Below, piece after piece: positions 28,629 to 37,367 of a DNA stretch of 64,000 nucleotides. The position numbers were made by a program, and so were the translations under genes. Position 1 is the stretch's first letter. Every line of letters begins with the position of its first letter. The stretch is from Candidatus Altiarchaeota archaeon (GTDB lineage Archaea; Altiarchaeota; Altiarchaeia; IMC4; SCGC-AAA252-I15): contig JAZDMS010000035.1 of the NCBI GenBank assembly GCA_043800705.1, forward strand, positions 32,307 to 96,306, given 5' to 3'. The notes beneath the pieces were generated by a model. That model made no database searches and was not told the origin of the DNA. It was given only the letters and a program-made list of their open reading frames with translations.

Positions 28629-28751
28629 TTTCGAAACTATTATACGGCAAACCCTATATACTATGAGCTCAAATAAAATAAGCTGATAACATTCGGGTTA
28701 AGCTTTATAATCGGATAATCCATATCAGATAACCCAATCGATCGCCATTAA

Positions 28752-28859
28752 GCCCACGCGAAGCAGCCGTTTAAGGCTGGCGAAGTTGCCATTGCAGACT
28801 CGCGAGGAGGAGTCGCAAGACATACTGCAGGGCAGTATGAAGACCTTCGCCCCCGGGGC
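28752..28859 (+). ncRNA. tRNA-like multi-hairpin unit A
   Basis: Begins GCCCACG like tRNA-Arg. GCGAAG/CTTCGC closure with three internal hairpins. Its tail is homologous to unit B. Confidence 0.5.
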
Positions 28860-28898
28860 TCGAGGCCACAATATTAGACAAAAAAAAATTAAAAAAAA

Positions 28899-28971
28899 GC
28901 CCACGTGTGGTAGCGGATATCCCTGCAGCCTTACTAAGGCTGGCTCATTTATCATCTTCGCCTACGTGGGC
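28899..28971 (+). ncRNA. tRNA-like unit B (pseudo-tRNA, ACT in loop, no T arm)
   Basis: Acceptor GCCCACG/CGTGGGC and D region nearly identical to tRNA-Arg; CAGCC-TTACTAA-GGCTG arm. Confidence 0.6.
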
Positions 28972-29009
28972 TCGATGACACAACAAAAGACAAAAAAAAC
29001 CAAAACAAA

Positions 29010-29081
29010 GCCCACGTGGGGTAGCGGATATCCTGGTGGCTTGCGGAGCCGCAGACTCGGGTTCGAATCCCGACGTGGGCG
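29010..29081 (+). tRNA. tRNA-Arg(GCG)
   Basis: GCCCACG/CGTGGGC acceptor, GTGGC-TT GCG GA-GCCGC anticodon arm, TCGGG-TTCGAAT-CCCGA T arm, G73, no encoded CCA. Confidence 0.95.
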
Positions 29082-29107
29082 TATCGTATCACGACAAAGG
29101 GAATTCT

Positions 29108-29398
29108 TATCACGAGCACGTCGGGATGTCACAACCTCGAAGGTTGTGCATAATCCCGACGTGGGCGCCAATTCATATCACGATATCACGGGCAGGTCGG
29201 GATGACATGGCTCCGCAGAGTCATGGAATCCCGACGTGGGCGCGAAGTAAGGTCACGAACACGTCGGGAGGTCGCAGCATCGCGGGTTGTACAGAGTCCC
29301 GGCACGGACGCTTAAGGCCATACAGATTGCGAATCCGCACCATAGGCGGCCGGGATGTAAAAAGCCGAATGTTTTTTAGTAAAATCCCGACGTGGGGG
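29108..29398 (+). repeat. Four hairpin repeats each ending in a copy of the tRNA-Arg 3' end
   Basis: AATCCCGACGTGGG at 29152, 29227 and 29383, degenerate at ~29295. Each is preceded by an antisense (CAC)GTCGGGAT-like arm. Confidence 0.9.
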
Positions 29399-29400
29399 CA

Positions 29401-29423
29401 TCTTCTGTTTTGGGTTTTTATTT
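29401..29423 (+). terminator. Oligo-T tract after the tRNA array
   Basis: tcttctgttttgggtttttattt, consistent with an archaeal T-rich terminator. Confidence 0.4.
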
Positions 29424-29445
29424 GGCTGTGCGTAGTATGTGTCCT

Positions 29446-29964
29446 ATGGGCGAGGATGAGGGGGTTATTTGGGTCAAATCGTCCGCTGACATCCCCAGGA
29501 ACGATTTTCTCAATTTCAGCCCGCAGGAGCTGAAGGCCAGATATCCGAAGATTCCGTTGGAGGATTTGCTCCTTCAGAGGCATATCTTCTTCCCGAGGAA
29601 GTTTTCGCTGCCGCCTCAGGTGGACAAGGCCACGTTGAAGTACAGGCAGAACCTCATCCTTAAGGGGCCTTCTGACCTGAAGGATTCCATTTTCTTGGAT
29701 ATGCCGGTTGAGGATATCAACAGACAGTTCCCCCAGTTCTCCCCTGAGGATATTGCCGGGGAGAAGGCTGTCCGGGAGGTGCGCCAGCTCATGAAGAAGA
29801 TCACCGGCAGTCTGAAAAGCAGGGACCTGAATACGAAGGATAATGTGCTTGCCGACATCTCGAAGGCGAGGCGCAGCCTCGCGAACGCGTCATCCTCATC
29901 GGAGGAGATGGTTAAGGCGATGCAGTGGATCCTTCAGATCGAGGAGAACGTCAACCGCTGGTAG
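29446..29964 (+). CDS. Hypothetical protein
   Basis: Open frame with genome-typical codon bias; no recognised motif. Confidence 0.7.
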   Translation: MGEDEGVIWVKSSADIPRNDFLNFSPQELKARYPKIPLEDLLLQRHIFFPRKFSLPPQVDKATLKYRQNLILKGPSDLKDSIFLDMPVEDINRQFPQFSPEDIAGEKAVREVRQLMKKITGSLKSRDLNTKDNVLADISKARRSLANASSSSEEMVKAMQWILQIEENVNRW

Positions 29965-29969
29965 CTGGC

Positions 29970-30662
29970 TCACACAGCCTTGTCGGGGTAGATTATCCTG
30001 TATACGCCGTATATGGAGGACATCAGCGAGGCTATTGAGAATGAGAATACGAAATATACAATCAGCTTTACGGGCCATGCCTCTACGTCGAAGCTGTCCA
30101 TTGGCAGGAGTATGAGGAGCGAGAAGAATATGGATACGAATAGGAAGAGGAACTGGTTAGATATGATCAGCTTGATCTTTTGCTCCTCCTTCATGAGAGA
30201 TGATAGGGTGACGATGCTGTATTGGACCGCTCGGTAGTTTGATTCCATCCGCTTGTGCCCCTCCCCCCATCCGCGGAGATAGTCGAGGAATTCGTCGTCG
30301 TTGGAGAATATCTTGGAGAAGTCCGGGTCCGCGATCCTGCGGATGAGCTCCTTGCGTATCTGGACGATCTTGTTCTTGATGGTCTCGATGTAGAATATGA
30401 GGAATGCTCCGAGGATGCCGACCATCGCCGCGTAGCCTTGGGCGATGCTCGAGAACAGGTACCTGAGCGATTCGAGGCGGAAGTACACGGCAGGATAGGT
30501 GAGTAGGTCAAATAGCGCAAGAAGCAGTGTGAAGCTGATCGAGAACAGCAGTATGGATATGTGCTTGTCAGGGTATTTGAGGAATATCAGGGTCGTCGCC
30601 AGGGCGAACACTATGGGCAGAATCGAAAGCGGCAGTGCGATGCATATCGGGTCTAATGCCAT
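29970..30662 (-). CDS. Membrane hypothetical protein
   Basis: About 5 TM segments flanking a charged loop. Confidence 0.72.
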   Translation of the reverse strand: MALDPICIALPLSILPIVFALATTLIFLKYPDKHISILLFSISFTLLLALFDLLTYPAVYFRLESLRYLFSSIAQGYAAMVGILGAFLIFYIETIKNKIVQIRKELIRRIADPDFSKIFSNDDEFLDYLRGWGEGHKRMESNYRAVQYSIVTLSSLMKEEQKIKLIISNQFLFLFVSIFFSLLILLPMDSFDVEAWPVKLIVYFVFSFSIASLMSSIYGVYRIIYPDKAV

Positions 30663-30723
30663 TTTAGTACTACTATTCTTTGGCCATATTAATACGTTCG
30701 AGGGGCTAATATATTGGGGTTAT

Positions 30724-30978
30724 ATGAACCATGAGAAATTCAGGGCACAGATGAGGCTGCAGGGCATCCACAGGGGGACATTCGTGGTCTGTCACACGGC
30801 AAACAGCATATGCACGGGTTACGTCGAAGGCATCTGCTACCCCACAAAGAGGAGGGGATTCGTCAATCTGGCGGGGACGCGGAAGATCAACCAAGGCCGC
30901 GGGGAGGACTGGTATGACCACATATACAGCGTCCGGCTGAGCAGGATTCGGACCGTGAATGCTATGAAGGAGCTTTAG
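30724..30978 (+). CDS. Small hypothetical protein (84 aa)
   Basis: ATG after an AT-rich promoter-like stretch; stop abuts the next ATG. Confidence 0.55.
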   Translation: MNHEKFRAQMRLQGIHRGTFVVCHTANSICTGYVEGICYPTKRRGFVNLAGTRKINQGRGEDWYDHIYSVRLSRIRTVNAMKEL

Positions 30979-30979
30979 G

Positions 30980-32095
30980 ATGGGCGGGCCCCCTTGCGAG
31001 TATTTCGGCGTTTGCGGAGGATGCTCCCTCCAAGGCGTCGAATACGGGGCGCAGGTCGGGCGCAAGAGGAGGATGCTGGCCGACGCACTCGGATTCGAGG
31101 ATGTGGAGGCCCATTCCCTTGGCGAGTTCTCCTATCGGACCAGGATGGATTTCGCCTTCCACGGAGGAGGGCTTGGTTTCCGTCGCAGGGGCAGCTGGAG
31201 GGAGTTCTTCGATGTCGAATCCTGCATGATATCCAATCTGAGGATCAACGATCTGCTTGCGGAGTTGAGGGTGTTTTTCAAGGAGGTGGACGCATTCGAT
31301 CCATCCTCGCATGGGGGAACATTTCGTTATGCTATCTTGAGGGCTCCGGGGGACGATTCATCGGTCTCGTTCGTCCTCAACAAGGATTCTCCGAGGCTTG
31401 CGGGGGCGCTGGACAGGGTTAGATCGTTCGCTTCGTCGACGTCTGCGGAGAATGTCATGGCAGCATACGTCCCGTCCCGGACTGATGCGAGCCTGTCACG
31501 CGACTATGAGGTCGTCAAGGGGGGTGATATGCTTTCTGAGTCATTCCTCGGAAAGGCGTTCAAGTACCACATCCAGGGCTTTTTCCAGAACAACCACGGA
31601 GTCGCGGAGCTGATGCACTCCTACTGCCGCAGGCTTCTCATGGCGCATGATACGCGAAGCGCTCACCTTTTGGACCTGTACGGCGGGGCTGGTACGTTCG
31701 GCATAGTCAACTCCGACCTTTATAGGTCCGTGAAGATCGTGGAATCAGATCCGGGGTGCATCGGTGCCGCGCGCATGAACATCGAAGCCAATGGAGCGGG
31801 GAATGCGGAGGCCGTCCTGTCCGACGCCAAATTTTTAGGCCGGCTGGACCTGCCAGTTCCGGTCCATGTCATAACCGATCCGCCCAGGGCTGGGATGCAT
31901 CCCAAGGCGGTGAAGCGGCTTCTGGAGATGAGGCCGGATGTTGTCGTCTATGTGTCGTGCAACGTCAGGCAGCTGGCCGGGGATATCCGAAAATTTTCAG
32001 GCTATGATGTGGTGAATGCCGCATTATTCGATATGTTCCCGCAGACGCCGCACATCGAGGCTGTGGTTGAGCTCAGGCGACAGGCCAGAGAGTGA
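30980..32095 (+). CDS. TrmA/RlmD family RNA uracil-C5 methyltransferase
   Basis: CEYFGVCGGC Fe-S motif, FFQNN, LDLYGGAG, DPPRAG, YVSCN, DMFPQTPHIE. Confidence 0.92.
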   Translation: MGGPPCEYFGVCGGCSLQGVEYGAQVGRKRRMLADALGFEDVEAHSLGEFSYRTRMDFAFHGGGLGFRRRGSWREFFDVESCMISNLRINDLLAELRVFFKEVDAFDPSSHGGTFRYAILRAPGDDSSVSFVLNKDSPRLAGALDRVRSFASSTSAENVMAAYVPSRTDASLSRDYEVVKGGDMLSESFLGKAFKYHIQGFFQNNHGVAELMHSYCRRLLMAHDTRSAHLLDLYGGAGTFGIVNSDLYRSVKIVESDPGCIGAARMNIEANGAGNAEAVLSDAKFLGRLDLPVPVHVITDPPRAGMHPKAVKRLLEMRPDVVVYVSCNVRQLAGDIRKFSGYDVVNAALFDMFPQTPHIEAVVELRRQARE

Positions 32096-32675
32096 CCCTC
32101 TGTGCGACCATGTTCTGGGAGGACTGTATCACGATCATCGTCTTGGGTCCGTTGTTGGGTATGATGCTGATTCGCATGTCCTCGTCTTCGAATAATCCCC
32201 GGTCCAACTTCACAATGATGTTGATGACGTCTCCGACGTTGATGTATCCACGTTCGTATAATGACGCCCTTTTCCTGTAGTAGACCATGTATTTCTGGGT
32301 TGTCGACGCCAGGCACTCCAAATCGCATGTGTCGTTGTAGGACAGAAGCTGCTCCGTGTTATCTATCTCTACGTGTATGAGGGTGGTGTTCAATGGCAGG
32401 GTCAGGGTCCCTGGCAACAAGCGGGTCATCATCTGGATGTCAGTGATCCTGTGAGGAGTTCCTGTAGGGCTGGGGTCCCGGCCTATGATGCTTATGACCT
32501 CCACACCTGCGGCTACGTTCTTCCGGGCCTCCGTGCTGTGGCTTATCTCCTTCTGTGTGAGGCTGGAACTTGTGGTGAGTAGGAATATGCCGGCCACCGC
32601 GGTCGTTATGGTCAGTGCTATGAATATTATGAGCGAATCAAGGCTGGTCAGTCCGCGTCGGCGTCTGGTCTTCAC
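32073..32675 (-). CDS. Archaellin-like protein (class III signal peptide)
   Basis: RRRRG/LTSLDSLIIFIALTITTAVAG..L..SSSL.QK N-terminus typical of FlaB/ArlB. Confidence 0.8.
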   Translation of the reverse strand: MKTRRRRGLTSLDSLIIFIALTITTAVAGIFLLTTSSSLTQKEISHSTEARKNVAAGVEVISIIGRDPSPTGTPHRITDIQMMTRLLPGTLTLPLNTTLIHVEIDNTEQLLSYNDTCDLECLASTTQKYMVYYRKRASLYERGYINVGDVINIIVKLDRGLFEDEDMRISIIPNNGPKTMIVIQSSQNMVAQRVTLWPVA

Positions 32676-32718
32676 ATTCAGTTATTTGTCTTGGGGAAAT
32701 ATATAAGCCGTATCGGGG

Positions 32719-33285
32719 CTAATGGGTCCGCAGTGTGGCGTTTCTCGTTGTTGTGAGGCCCCTTGGGACTTCGCATGTCTCCCAGACGCCGAATTTCATG
32801 TTCACCTTCGCGGAGGTGTAGCCGCATTCGCTGCCTGGGACCTTGGAGCTGAAGTCGTTGTAATCCGCCACTGCGTTGGTGAGGTTGTAGGTGACTGTCG
32901 CGAACTTTTTAGAATCAGCCCAATCGCTCGGTTTCCCGGTCTTGTCCCCGAATGCTGGCTTGCTCTGGCACCGGGTGGTGATGGTGCTGGCCTCGGTGAA
33001 CGTGTCTTCGCAGACATAGAAGGGGGCTTCGGTGGTCGTGGTAGTGTCGGTCGTAGAGGTGGTGGTCGTCGAGGTTGAGCTCGTCGACGTGGTGGTGGAC
33101 GTTGTCGTCGACGTTGTGGAAGTCGTCGATGTCGTCGTGGTCGGGAAGAGTGCGGCGGATACGTCGGGGATTTCCAGCTCCGGCTGCATTATCATGTAGG
33201 CGCCCACGACCACGACCACCAGTATGGTGGCTGCGACAAGCAACAAAAGCACTCCCCCAAGCAGGTATTCTGGCGCGATTTCCAA
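32719..33285 (-). CDS. Membrane-anchored Thr-rich protein
   Basis: N-terminal TM, long Thr/Ser linker, small Cys-containing C-domain. Confidence 0.75.
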   Translation of the reverse strand: MEIAPEYLLGGVLLLLVAATILVVVVVGAYMIMQPELEIPDVSAALFPTTTTSTTSTTSTTTSTTTSTSSTSTTTTSTTDTTTTTEAPFYVCEDTFTEASTITTRCQSKPAFGDKTGKPSDWADSKKFATVTYNLTNAVADYNDFSSKVPGSECGYTSAKVNMKFGVWETCEVPRGLTTTRNATLRTH

Positions 33286-33316
33286 TGTGTAATCTTAAGG
33301 TAGTCGGCCCTTATAT

Positions 33317-34288
33317 TCACGTTTTTTTTGGCTTGCACAGGCCGTCGAAGTAGTCGTCTGCGTCGCACTCGTCCTCTGGGCCGAAGACGCAGACGCCGTA
33401 TTCCCTCCCGCTCAGGCGTTTTTTGACCCTGTATGCGTGGCCGTTTTCTTCGCAGAACCTGGCGGCCGCATCGTATACGCTGGATTGGAGGGTCGTCGTT
33501 GTCGTGGAGCATTCGCCCACCATGAACCCGAGGGTGGAGGTGCTCTTTGTGAATGTGGTGCAGGCTATGCACGGGTTTGTGAAAGTCCGCCAGTCTGTCT
33601 TGTTCGATGCCTGGGGCGTGTGCTCTATGAATGCGCAGACTGGGTTATAGTCGATTACGCACGGTTCCCGGCTAACATAGCCCTGGCAGTTCGTGAGGTT
33701 TCCGCTGGCCTGATCGCATCTTCCGGAGAAGTACGCCTCCTCCTCGCACATGCCGCCGTCCGGGAACACGCATATGTTGAACGTCGCACCCGTGGGCTGC
33801 CGCTTCTGCTTAAGGTGGAAGCCCTTTTCGATGCAGAAACTAGATGCGATGCCTTCGAATTGGCTTACGATGCAGACGCCGTCCACGCAGCTTTTGCGAA
33901 CGCCTACCGGCTGATCCTCTGTGACGCAGTCCCCCTCGAATATGCACCTTTCGGAGACGGCCTCTGATGCAGTCTTTACGACCCCGTTGTCTATCCGTAG
34001 CAGGACTGAATGGGATTTTCTTCCGCAGTCGAAGGTCATCCTGAAAACCCAGCAAGAGGGGCATCCGGCATCGGTGGAGGATGCGAGCTTCAATCCTCCG
34101 CAGTCCGACAGGAAGGATGACATGTTCTTCACGTAGGCTTCGGCTGCGATCCTGTTCTCGACCTGCCCCATTGGGATGTAATGCAGCGTCGTCGTCTCGG
34201 CCACGGAAGTGGTGGTCGTTTCAGGTTCCGGCTGGCTCATGCAACCCATAACCAGGGCTGAGGCCATCAGGACTGCCATTAGACGCAT
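33317..34288 (-). CDS. Secreted protein with two DUF333-like repeats and a Kazal-like segment
   Basis: MGC signal; A..FC.EKG...C.FP.G..CE twice; CVIDYNPVC...TFTNPC. Confidence 0.75.
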   Translation of the reverse strand: MRLMAVLMASALVMGCMSQPEPETTTTSVAETTTLHYIPMGQVENRIAAEAYVKNMSSFLSDCGGLKLASSTDAGCPSCWVFRMTFDCGRKSHSVLLRIDNGVVKTASEAVSERCIFEGDCVTEDQPVGVRKSCVDGVCIVSQFEGIASSFCIEKGFHLKQKRQPTGATFNICVFPDGGMCEEEAYFSGRCDQASGNLTNCQGYVSREPCVIDYNPVCAFIEHTPQASNKTDWRTFTNPCIACTTFTKSTSTLGFMVGECSTTTTTLQSSVYDAAARFCEENGHAYRVKKRLSGREYGVCVFGPEDECDADDYFDGLCKPKKT

Positions 34289-34331
34289 GATAGGTATTTG
34301 TCCCATATGCCTATAAACACAGACGTCGATT

Positions 34332-34949
34332 ATGTGTACCATGACGAAGGCGAACTGGGTGGAGAAGGCGATAATCAACAACTTTATCTGGGCGGCGGTC
34401 CAGAGGAAGCATATTGTCCCAGTATGGCGCTCCTCGTTCGAACTCAAACCCGACGCCTTGAGCTCGGAGGTCGGATGCGGCAGGGGGGCGGGGTCCATAA
34501 TAATCTTTGAGGAGTTTAAGCCTAGCAGTGTCGACGCATTCGACGTGGACGAGAACATGGTGGAGAAGGCGAAGAAGCTCCTGGAGGGCGAATACGACGG
34601 GAAGATCGACGTCAGCGTCGGGGACGTGACGAAGATGGCGGCTGCGGACGCCACCTATGACGCCGTGTTCGACTTTTTCAGCATGCACCACGTCGAGGAC
34701 TGGTATAAGGGCATATCCGAGATCTCCAGGGTCCTGAAGCCCGGAGGATATTTCGCCTATGCGGAGATTTACGCCGAGGAAGTGACGAAAAACATCGTAT
34801 TGAGGAATATCCTCAGGCATCCGGCGAAAAACAGGTTCGGCAGGAGCGACCTCGTCCGTGCCCTCGCCGAGAACAACCTGAGGATAATGGAGAGGAAGGC
34901 GAATCTCGGAAGCTACGGAGTTATCGGAGTAGCAAGGAAGAGCTCCTAA
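34332..34949 (+). CDS. Class I SAM-dependent methyltransferase
   Basis: EVGCGRG, GDVTKM, RVLKPGG. Confidence 0.88.
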   Translation: MCTMTKANWVEKAIINNFIWAAVQRKHIVPVWRSSFELKPDALSSEVGCGRGAGSIIIFEEFKPSSVDAFDVDENMVEKAKKLLEGEYDGKIDVSVGDVTKMAAADATYDAVFDFFSMHHVEDWYKGISEISRVLKPGGYFAYAEIYAEEVTKNIVLRNILRHPAKNRFGRSDLVRALAENNLRIMERKANLGSYGVIGVARKSS

Positions 34950-36019
34950 TAATCGGCAAGTGTCTTCTGCCCCCCTGATCCGCCCAGGTTGGAGGCGACG
35001 ACGCCGATCCTTCGGATCCTGGAGGCGTATTCCGAAAGGAACTCGCGAAGAAGCGCCTTCGAAGTCTCTGCGAGAACATCCCTGCTCTGGGTCGGGGCCG
35101 GCAACGTCCTTGACCTGGTCCTCATCTGCATGTCTTCCAGGACGAAGACCGATGAAACTGTACGGTACTCCTTGCCGCTTTTCATGATGCGGCCGTGGAT
35201 ATCGCCGCATAACGCGTCGATGATCGCCGCAAGCTCGGATTCGTCCCTCGTATCCGATCTGGCGGAGGCAAGGCGCCCGTACTGCTCCTTCTCACGCTCC
35301 GTGACGGGGGATTCGTCCATTCCCCGGCAGCCGTCGTAGAGCATTCGTCCACGTGAGGGGCCGAACTCCGATTCGAGGGCATTGATGCTCATCTTTTGGA
35401 GGTCCGACATCGTCGCAATCCCCAAGCCGGTGAGACGCTCCAGGGTCTTTCCCCCAACCCCGTGAAGTTTCGAGACGGGCAATGATGTGACGAATTCGAG
35501 CGCATTCTCTGGGGGGATTATCCGGTACCCGTCTGGCTTGTTCACTGAAGCCGCCATCTTCGCGACCAATTTGTTCGGGCCTGCCCCTATGCTGCAGGTC
35601 AGCCGCTCCCTCTCCATCACCGCCGCCTTCACGGATATTATGAATTCTTCAATGCCTGTATAGTCCGTCTTCGTGGACACGTCCATGTATGCCTCGTCTA
35701 TGCTCACCTGCTCCAGCACGTCGCATCTTGTCTTCAGCTCGTCCATTATGCTGTCCGAGACTAGGGAATAGAAGCCCCTCCGGGCAGGCAGATAAACGCC
35801 TTCAGGCGCTTTTTTCCTGGCCAGTGAGCAGGGCATTCCCGAGTGGAGGCCGAGCCTTCTGGCAGGATAATTGCAGGCGGCTATTGCTCCGAGGCTGCCT
35901 TCCCTCGCTGACACCATGCAGACGATTACCGACTTCCCTTTGAGGTCTGGATTTTCCCGCTCCTCGACCTGGGCGTAGAAGTAGTCCATATCCAGGAGGA
36001 GGACGATCCGTTCAGCCAT
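34946..36019 (-). CDS. dinB: DNA polymerase IV (DinB/Dpo4)
   Basis: LDMDYFYAQVE, SIDEAYMD, NKLVAKMA, KPDG, little-finger domain. Confidence 0.95.
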   Translation of the reverse strand: MAERIVLLLDMDYFYAQVEERENPDLKGKSVIVCMVSAREGSLGAIAACNYPARRLGLHSGMPCSLARKKAPEGVYLPARRGFYSLVSDSIMDELKTRCDVLEQVSIDEAYMDVSTKTDYTGIEEFIISVKAAVMERERLTCSIGAGPNKLVAKMAASVNKPDGYRIIPPENALEFVTSLPVSKLHGVGGKTLERLTGLGIATMSDLQKMSINALESEFGPSRGRMLYDGCRGMDESPVTEREKEQYGRLASARSDTRDESELAAIIDALCGDIHGRIMKSGKEYRTVSSVFVLEDMQMRTRSRTLPAPTQSRDVLAETSKALLREFLSEYASRIRRIGVVASNLGGSGGQKTLADY

Positions 36020-36034
36020 GTCGAGGGATTGATG

Positions 36035-36487
36035 TCACCCCGTCTTTTTGAAGAAGAGCCAGTTTTTTTCCTTGCCGCCCATCCTGGTCCGGATGAGCTC
36101 GTATCCGCCTTGAAGCCGGTCGCCTTTCAGCCCTATGCTGATCTTCCCGTCCTTCGCTTCCTTGAGTTCGTATGTGCCCCGGTCCCAAATCCTCACCTGC
36201 CCTGCGCCGTATTCCCCATCCGGTATCCTGCCTTCGAATGTCGCATATGAGAGCGGATGGTCTTCTACGGCTACCGCGAGCCTCTTTACACCCGCCTCCA
36301 TGGGCGGTTCCTTGGGTAGGGCCCAGCTTCTGAGGACGCCGTCGAATTCCAGGCGCAGGTCCCAGTGGAGATGGCTGGCGTGGTGCTCCTGTATGACGTA
36401 GACTGGATGCTTCAGGCCGGCAGATGAATCGAACGGCTCAGTGGTCTTTTTGGGGTCTCTTTTGCCGTTGTACTCCTCCAATGCCAT
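36035..36487 (-). CDS. Stand-alone LigD 3'-phosphoesterase domain protein
   Basis: VIQEHHASHLHWDLRLE, SWALPK, RLAVAVEDHP, YGAG.V.IWD. Confidence 0.92.
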   Translation of the reverse strand: MALEEYNGKRDPKKTTEPFDSSAGLKHPVYVIQEHHASHLHWDLRLEFDGVLRSWALPKEPPMEAGVKRLAVAVEDHPLSYATFEGRIPDGEYGAGQVRIWDRGTYELKEAKDGKISIGLKGDRLQGGYELIRTRMGGKEKNWLFFKKTG

Positions 36488-36489
36488 CT

Positions 36490-37317
36490 CTAATCCCAGA
36501 AGATTATCACATGGAATATGTAGTTGATCGCGTCCAAGACCAGCTCCACAGGGCTTTCGAACAGAATCTTGTCCATAAGAGATGCCTCAGCCAACGTCGT
36601 AGTCGTCGACGTGGACGAGGTAGTTGTCGTTGACGACGTGGTCGACGTAGTCGTAGGCAGCGTAGTGACAACAGGCCGCGGCTGAGTCGATGTGGTTATC
36701 GGCTCTTCACGCCTATGCGTCGTCGTTGTGGGCCTTTCAGTCGTCGTAGTGAAGCTGGTCGTCGTCAGAAAGTAGAGGGTTGTGGTCGTGCCCTTTGTGC
36801 ATGAGTGTTCGTCTTCGTCGAAGTATTCGTCGTCGCAGTACTCCGTCGACTTGCACTTCTTGTACTCCTCCTCGTCCTCGTCGTCTTTGATGCATTCATG
36901 GTCGTCGCAGTCGAATAGGAACGTCCGTTTCCAGACGTTGCCGTCCTTGCAGAAATATTCCGGATCGTCCGAGCAGTCGCTGTCGGAGGAGCATTCCCAG
37001 TCCGGGTCGGTCGTGGTTGTCGTGGAGGACGAGGTCGTTGTGGTTGTGGTCGTGGTCGTCGTAGTCACGACACACGCCTGTTGGCCTGATTGGCATACTT
37101 CGCCGGTGCCGCAGTCGTCGAACAGGGCCTCGTCTGTGGCGCCGGTCTCGCAGGTGTCATTGACGCATTGATGGGGGATAGTCACCTTATACACGTCCCC
37201 ATTCTTGCAGGTATATGCGATGGTGTCGGTGCAGTCGTCGGGACTGCATGCCCCCTCCACTAGAGACAATGCGGAGTATAAAAAGACGACGACACAAAAC
37301 ACATTGAAAAAGCGCAT
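36490..37317 (-). CDS. Secreted Cys/Thr-rich protein
   Basis: Signal peptide, two C..G.V...C...C modules, Thr linkers, hydrophobic C-terminus. Confidence 0.75.
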   Translation of the reverse strand: MRFFNVFCVVVFLYSALSLVEGACSPDDCTDTIAYTCKNGDVYKVTIPHQCVNDTCETGATDEALFDDCGTGEVCQSGQQACVVTTTTTTTTTTTSSSTTTTTDPDWECSSDSDCSDDPEYFCKDGNVWKRTFLFDCDDHECIKDDEDEEEYKKCKSTEYCDDEYFDEDEHSCTKGTTTTLYFLTTTSFTTTTERPTTTTHRREEPITTSTQPRPVVTTLPTTTSTTSSTTTTSSTSTTTTLAEASLMDKILFESPVELVLDAINYIFHVIIFWD

Positions 37318-37367
37318 TATATGGATTATGCTCATTGACAATTTAAATCGAGCGTATAATGATAATT

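Noticed and set aside
28899-28971. Functional tRNA-Ser(ACT)
   Set aside because: No T arm or long variable arm, and the acceptor and D regions are those of tRNA-Arg.
29082-29400. CRISPR array
   Set aside because: Repeats derive from the tRNA, are degenerate and irregularly spaced, the inserts are self-complementary and partly homologous, and no cas genes are in the window.
29401-30978. Integrated element at tRNA-Arg
   Set aside because: No integrase and no distal att copy seen beyond 29398; only hypothetical genes.
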